A model generated the notes under the pieces. The model was given only the letters and a program-made list of their open reading frames with translations. It searched no databases and was not told the origin of the DNA. DNA of 20,000 bases from an uncultured Rhodopirellula sp. (GTDB lineage: Bacteria > Planctomycetota > Planctomycetia > Pirellulales > Pirellulaceae), in NCBI GenBank assembly GCA_964007735.1, contig CAXGAI010000008.1, forward strand, positions 112,875 through 132,874, in the 5' to 3' direction. Below, piece after piece: positions 15,901-20,000 of this stretch. The translations under genes were made by a program, and so were the position numbers. Position 1 is the stretch's first letter. Each line of letters opens with the position of its first letter.

Positions 15901-17477
15901 GCTATTCAACTCCCGGAGTAGGTCTCATCAGTCCCCCCCCTCATCATGACATTTACTCCATCGAAGACCTGGCTCAATTGATTCATGATCTCAAAAATGC
16001 AAATCCAAGTGCACGCATTAGTGTGAAATTGGTTTCTGAAGTTGGTGTGGGAACGATTGCATCAGGTGTATCAAAAGCACATGCTGACCATATCCTCATC
16101 TCCGGGCATAACGGTGGTACTGGCGCTTCTCCACTGACAAGTATCAAGCATGCCGGCCTACCATGGGAATTAGGGATCGCTGAAACTCACCAAACATTGG
16201 TGATGAATGACCTGCGTAGCCGAACCATTTTACAAACAGACGGTGGTTTACGAACCGGGCGGGATGTTGCCATCGCCGCCTTGTTGGGTGCTGAAGAATT
16301 TGGTTTCTCCACCGCACCCCTGATCACTCTTGGTTGCATCATGATGCGTAAGTGCCATCTCAATACCTGTCCGGTTGGTATCGCAACTCAAGATCCGGAC
16401 CTGAGAGCAAAATTCAACGGCAAACCGGAACACGTTGTAAATTATCTGTTCATGGTTGCTGAAGAAACTCGCCAAATCATGGCGAGGCTTGGCTTCCGGA
16501 CCATCGATGAAATGGTCGGTCGCGTTGACTGTTTGGAAACCAAAGCGGCGATCGAACACTGGAAGGCTGACGGCCTGGATCTCTCATCAATTCTGGCTCC
16601 GGCTCCAAAGCCTCATGATAATGTCGACGTTATCTGTACCATTAAGCAGGACCATGGTCTGGAAGAAGCGTTGGATAACCAGCTAATCGAACTGGCCAAA
16701 CCTGCCCTCGAAAATCAGGAGGCGGTTTCTATTGAGTTGCCGATTGTAAACACCAATCGTACTGTCGGTACAATGCTCAGTCATACGCTGGTGACCTCCA
16801 TCGGTGGTAACCACCTGCCTGATGAGACCATCAAAATTAAATTCAATGGTTCAGCGGGACAAAGTTTCGGTGCCTTCCTGGCTCAGGGAATCTTCTTGGA
16901 AATTGAAGGGGATGCCAATGACTATGTTGGAAAAGGACTATCCGGCGGTCGCATCGCTGTCTACCCACCAGCCAGTAGCACCTTCAATCCTGAAGAAAAC
17001 TTTATCAGTGGTAATGTTTGTCTCTACGGGGCAACCGCTGGAGAAGCGTTTTTCCGCGGACAGGTTGCTGAACGTTTCTGTGTAAGAAATTCGGGTGCCC
17101 GCACCGTTGTGGAAGGCGTGGGTGACCATGGTTGTGAATACATGACCGGTGGACGCACCGTAATCCTTGGCCCCACGGGGCGTAACTTTGCCGCCGGAAT
17201 GTCAGGTGGTATTGCGTACGTCTGGGACCGTGATGGTGACTTCAACCTGAAATGCAATCTGGAACTTGTCGAACTTGAGAAAGTCGAAGGGGAAGATGAC
17301 ATCGCTGAAGTTCGAGAACTGATCGAAAAACATCACCAATACACCGGTTCGACCGTTGCCGAATCGGTGCTGACTGATTGGGATAGGTTCCTGAGCCAAT
17401 TGGTGAAAGTCATGCCAACCGACTACAAGCGAGTACTGGAAGAACAAAAAACTAAGCAGGCTGCCGAAGCCAGCTAA
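12906..17477 (+). CDS. gltB: Glutamate synthase large subunit
   Basis: DACGVGF with the catalytic Cys27 after a propeptide; HRGA, GDGAG, HSRFSTNT.PSW..AQP, HNGEINT, EPWDGPA, DRNGLRP.R, FAQVTNP, GAMSFGS, SNTGEGGE, IKQVASGRFGV, QGAKPGEGG, SPPPHHDIYSIEDL, 3Fe-4S motif CIMMRKCHLNTCPVG, and a GXGXG C-terminal domain. 1523 aa. Confidence 0.98.
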   Translation: MTINNIAKFGLPEKQGLYDPAFEKDACGVGFVAHIKGQRSHQIVLDANEIMMNMEHRGACGCEANTGDGAGMLTGFPYDFMRKVASEELDTELPEEGRFGAGVVFLPQDEAQRAKCKGIVEQIVAEQGQTLVGWRTIPTDPTGANIGSTALSAMPVFNHLIIAAADDIGHEDFERQLYIIRKRASHALRSDDSMSESKLFYVCSLSSKVMIYKGMMTTYQVVPFFYDLQSEDYTTHLAMIHSRFSTNTFPSWDRAQPCRFMAHNGEINTLRGNVNWMSAREGVIKTNQFGDDLEKLFPIIEADCSDSGNFDNALEFLLMSGRTLQEAVMMMIPEAWQKHDTMSENKRAFYEYHSCLMEPWDGPASIVYTDGKYIGAILDRNGLRPSRFYLTHDDRVIMASEVGVLKIDPANVKYKGRLQPGRMFLIDFEEGRLIPDDELKEEFASRQPYAEWLKENRIELTDLSPKEDHKSFQPDSLLSRMQTFGYTTETMQFMLIPMLHQERDPVGSMGNDAALACLSDQPRMIYDYFKQLFAQVTNPAVDSIREGIIMSLECYIGPEKNLVETTPEHANRLLIPHPILTNEELDAISNMDHRGWKTKTIDITYPRSESTAGLAPALDRICQEVEQAIADGYSIAVLSDRNVGADRIPVSSLLATGAVHHHLVGQAKRTQIGLILESGEAREVHHHCLLIGYGIDAINPYLAFESLWQARRDNLLNENIMDDNKVVSLYKKAVGKGMLKVMGKMGISTLQSYKGAQIFEAIGLQDEVVERCFVGTASRVQGVNFSVLATETVRRHNLGFPEREDDGLPILANPGEFHWRAEGERHAWDPSSIANLQIAARTNSRDDYWKFAEHINNEERKRASLRGLLEFKDGANGASIDIDEVQPVSEIVKRFVTGAMSFGSISAESHETLAIAMNRLGGKSNTGEGGEDPKRFTPLENGDSKRSAIKQVASGRFGVTIWYLANADEIQIKISQGAKPGEGGELPGKKVDDNIARIRYSTPGVGLISPPPHHDIYSIEDLAQLIHDLKNANPSARISVKLVSEVGVGTIASGVSKAHADHILISGHNGGTGASPLTSIKHAGLPWELGIAETHQTLVMNDLRSRTILQTDGGLRTGRDVAIAALLGAEEFGFSTAPLITLGCIMMRKCHLNTCPVGIATQDPDLRAKFNGKPEHVVNYLFMVAEETRQIMARLGFRTIDEMVGRVDCLETKAAIEHWKADGLDLSSILAPAPKPHDNVDVICTIKQDHGLEEALDNQLIELAKPALENQEAVSIELPIVNTNRTVGTMLSHTLVTSIGGNHLPDETIKIKFNGSAGQSFGAFLAQGIFLEIEGDANDYVGKGLSGGRIAVYPPASSTFNPEENFISGNVCLYGATAGEAFFRGQVAERFCVRNSGARTVVEGVGDHGCEYMTGGRTVILGPTGRNFAAGMSGGIAYVWDRDGDFNLKCNLELVELEKVEGEDDIAEVRELIEKHHQYTGSTVAESVLTDWDRFLSQLVKVMPTDYKRVLEEQKTKQAAEAS

Positions 17478-17562
17478 CTGCATTTCCAAATACGCTTGAT
17501 TTATAACTTACAAAAAACGCCTGCTAAGTCAGGAATTATCACAACAAAGACGGTAAATACTA

Positions 17563-19071
17563 ATGGGAAAACCAACTGGTTTTAAAGAATTTCAACGCGA
17601 GACGATTCCATATCGTCTGCCGCTAGTTCGTATCGATGATTACCAGGAAATCTATACCACTCCATCTGACGAACATCTAGCAACACAGGGTGCACGCTGC
17701 ATGGATTGTGGAGTGCCATTCTGTCAGTCCACCAGCGGCTGTCCAATCGATAATCTCATCCCGGAATGGAATGATCTGGTTTATCGCGGACGCTGGGAAG
17801 AAGCACTCGAACGACTTCAGAAAACCAATAACTTTCCCGAGTTCACCGGACGAGTCTGTCCGGCACCATGTGAAGGCTCTTGCGTGTTAGGAATCACCAA
17901 TCCTCCAGTAACCATCAAAAACATTGAAAGTACGATTGTTAATCGTGGTTTTGAAAACGGATGGATCAAGCCTGAACCACCCGAAAGCCGCACTGGTAAA
18001 AAAGTAGCGGTTGTTGGATCAGGTCCTGCAGGACTTGCTGCCGCTGACCAACTTAACAGCGTCGGCCATGAAGTCACCGTCTACGAACGAGCAGACCGAA
18101 TCGGTGGCCTGTTGATGTACGGTATCCCAAACATGAAGCTGGAAAAAAGCGATGTTCTGCGTCGTGTCAGCTTGATGGAAGAAGAAGGTGTTAAGTTTGT
18201 CACCCAGGCCAATGTCGGTGTTGACATTTGCCCAAAAGAACTCCTGGACAACAACGATGCCGTTTTACTGGCCACTGGTGCGACGAATCCTCGGGACCTG
18301 CCAATTCCGGGGCGTGAATTTAACGGCATTCACTTCGCAATGGAATTTCTTACAGCGAATACCAGAAGTCTGATGGACAGTAATCTTGCCGACGGAAATT
18401 ATATCTCCGCAAAGGATAAGAAAGTTGTTGTTATCGGTGGTGGTGATACGGGGACTGACTGTATCGCAACTTCGCTACGCCACGGTGCCAAAAGTATTGT
18501 CAATCTGGAGATCGTTCCGCGCCCACCGGAAGGCCGGGCTGCCAATAATCCCTGGCCTCAGTGGCCCCGCATCTACCGTGTGGATTACGGCCATGAGGAA
18601 GTCGCGGCAAAATGGGGTGAAGACCCACGTGAATATTCAATCGAGTCTGTTGAGTTCCTTGCAGATGATAATGGAAACCTCAATGCGATTAAAGTGGCTC
18701 AGGTTGATTGGGGCAAGCCCGTGGAAAATGGCCCTCCTTTCTCACGTGTCGAAGGTAGCGAACAAATCATTGAGGCCGATCTGGTGCTACTCGCAATGGG
18801 ATTCTTAGGTCCTGAGCAGTACATTCTGGAAGCCTTTAGCGACAGCGTCGAAACCGATGCTCGCAGCAACTACAAAGCTGAACACGGTCAGTTCGCCACC
18901 AGCGTGGACGGGCTTTTCGCTGCCGGCGACTGCCGCCGGGGACAATCATTGGTGGTTTGGGCTATCAACGAGGGTCGAGGGGCCGCTCGGGCTATTGATG
19001 GTTACCTGATGTCTACCAGTACATTACCTGCTCCTGGAACGACTATGGGAAGCCCCTTACAGCCTAGCTAA
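17563..19071 (+). CDS. gltD: Glutamate synthase small subunit
   Basis: MGKPTGF; Fe-S motifs [10 protein letters not shown]...GCP and [16 protein letters not shown] motif [22 protein letters not shown](P) motif [29 protein letters not shown]. Directly follows gltB. Confidence 0.97.
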   Translation: MGKPTGFKEFQRETIPYRLPLVRIDDYQEIYTTPSDEHLATQGARCMDCGVPFCQSTSGCPIDNLIPEWNDLVYRGRWEEALERLQKTNNFPEFTGRVCPAPCEGSCVLGITNPPVTIKNIESTIVNRGFENGWIKPEPPESRTGKKVAVVGSGPAGLAAADQLNSVGHEVTVYERADRIGGLLMYGIPNMKLEKSDVLRRVSLMEEEGVKFVTQANVGVDICPKELLDNNDAVLLATGATNPRDLPIPGREFNGIHFAMEFLTANTRSLMDSNLADGNYISAKDKKVVVIGGGDTGTDCIATSLRHGAKSIVNLEIVPRPPEGRAANNPWPQWPRIYRVDYGHEEVAAKWGEDPREYSIESVEFLADDNGNLNAIKVAQVDWGKPVENGPPFSRVEGSEQIIEADLVLLAMGFLGPEQYILEAFSDSVETDARSNYKAEHGQFATSVDGLFAAGDCRRGQSLVVWAINEGRGAARAIDGYLMSTSTLPAPGTTMGSPLQPS

Positions 19072-19151
19072 AAAAAGCTGGTACTGAAGAATCTTCGATC
19101 GACTGGACGAAACGCAGAGCTCCACTCTCCTTTTTTTGTGGTATTCAATTG

Positions 19152-19180
19152 TTGTCGGGATTGCAAACTGTGCCCATAAT
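19152..19180 (+). promoter_or_regulatory. sigma70-like promoter candidate for the ABC transporter gene
   Basis: TTGTCG (19152-19157), 17-bp spacer, CATAAT (19175-19180). Confidence 0.5.
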
Positions 19181-19231
19181 ACGACTACCTGCCCAGCAGG
19201 CAATCGTTTACTTCTCTAAATTTAAAAACCG

Positions 19232-20000
19232 ATGTCCGTTCCTGCTGAATCTTTGATTTCTCTACAAAATGTCACCAAAAGGTACGGCAAATTCCTGGCA
19301 TTAAATGACATCACTGCAGAAATACCGACAGGTGTCATTGGACTGCTAGGACCTAACGGGGCCGGTAAGAGTACCCTCATCAAAACGCTCTTGGGACTGG
19401 CCGCCCTAACCGAAGGGCAGGCGCGAATACTTGACTACAATGTTACTCCTAAAAACTATCGCTTGATTCGTCGTAATATTGGTTATATGCCTGAAGATGA
19501 TTGTTTTATTGAAGGGATTGCCGGAGTCGAAATGGTTCAACTCGCAGCACAATTGACCGGTTATCCTCCCCTTCACTCTCTTCAAAGAGCTCATGAAGTT
19601 TTAGACTTCTGCGGTACGGGACAGGAGAGGTATCGACAGGTGGAAACATACTCTACCGGAATGCGCCAGAAACTAAAGTTCGCACAAGCAATCGTTCATT
19701 CACCGCAATTATTGATTCTGGACGAACCAACCAGTGGACTCGACCCTGAAGAACGTTTAGCAATGCTTAAACGCATTGATTTACTTGGTAAACGTACAGA
19801 TATGTCGGTAATAATCTGCACACATATCCTCAAAGACGTCCAACAAGTCTGTGATTATGCAGCCGTGTTAGTCGACGGAACGATTCCGGTCGTGGAAACT
19901 GTGGAAAACCTTCGTCGACCACGTACGCCTTCTTATCAAATTGTTTTAGCTGGGAATTCGGATCAGTTTATTGATATTGCCGAGCTTAACGGCCTAACCA
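19232..20000 (+). CDS. ABC-2 type transporter ATP-binding protein; 3'-truncated by the window edge
   Basis: Not in the ORF track because it has no stop in the window. Manual translation from ATG 19232: MSVPAESLISLQNVTKRYGKFLALND...GLLGPNGAGKSTLIK (Walker A)...IGYMPE...YSTGMRQK (signature)...LLILDEPTSGLDP (Walker B/D-loop)...ICTH. Confidence 0.92.
   Translation, partial: MSVPAESLISLQNVTKRYGKFLALNDITAEIPTGVIGLLGPNGAGKSTLIKTLLGLAALTEGQARILDYNVTPKNYRLIRRNIGYMPEDDCFIEGIAGVEMVQLAAQLTGYPPLHSLQRAHEVLDFCGTGQERYRQVETYSTGMRQKLKFAQAIVHSPQLLILDEPTSGLDPEERLAMLKRIDLLGKRTDMSVIICTHILKDVQQVCDYAAVLVDGTIPVVETVENLRRPRTPSYQIVLAGNSDQFIDIAELNGLT

Noticed and set aside
15690..15940. G7 (15690-15696) and C8 (15933-15940) homopolymers in gltB as phase-variation tracts
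   Set aside because: Both encode invariant motifs (GEGGE, SPPP), are short, and leave the frame intact.
19114..19138. Possible intrinsic terminator after gltD (AGAG/CTCT before a T7 run)
   Set aside because: Only a 4-bp stem, separated from the T tract; too weak to call.
19075..19150. Hammerhead-ribozyme-like words CTGAAGA (19084-19090) ... GGAC-GAAAC (19105-19113) downstream of gltD
   Set aside because: Stem II would open with an A-C mismatch instead of the conserved G-C, stem III needs a bulge and mostly G-U pairs, and stem I cannot form. Probably chance; an Infernal search with the Rfam hammerhead models would settle it.
201..19594. Numerous 60-150 aa ORFs overlapping or antisense to the main genes (e.g. 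689-1090, 8491-8907, 15446-15889, 19406-19594)
   Set aside because: All lie within well-supported CDSs and have no recognisable motifs; they are shadow ORFs.
1..20000. CRISPR arrays, tRNA/rRNA genes, IS elements, prophage or defence genes
   Set aside because: No periodic repeats, cloverleaf-like sequences, or transposase/integrase/nuclease motifs were seen. Intergenic gaps are short and explained by promoters and terminators.

Overview
Gene-dense bacterial chromosomal window, very likely from a planctomycete (inferred from the PSCyt/PSD1-type cytochrome c + DUF1501 gene pairs typical of Planctomycetota/Verrucomicrobiota). The left 7.7 kb holds two paralogous, convergent two-gene units, each a DUF1553 (PSD1)-family scaffold protein plus a Tat-signal DUF1501 protein. 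Each scaffold carries a different putative carbohydrate-binding domain (PA14-like vs LamG-like) between predicted coiled-coil segments. The middle encodes a stand-alone FHA protein, a thioredoxin-fold protein, an atypical Zn-dependent MDR dehydrogenase and a probably secreted AbgB-like M20 amidohydrolase. The right part holds a co-oriented lysR-gltB-gltD glutamate synthase unit with a clear sigma70-like promoter, an LTTR-type palindrome and a structured leader, followed by an ABC ATPase truncated by the window edge. No RNA genes, CRISPR arrays or mobile elements were seen. All family calls come from motif recognition by eye; no database searches were run.
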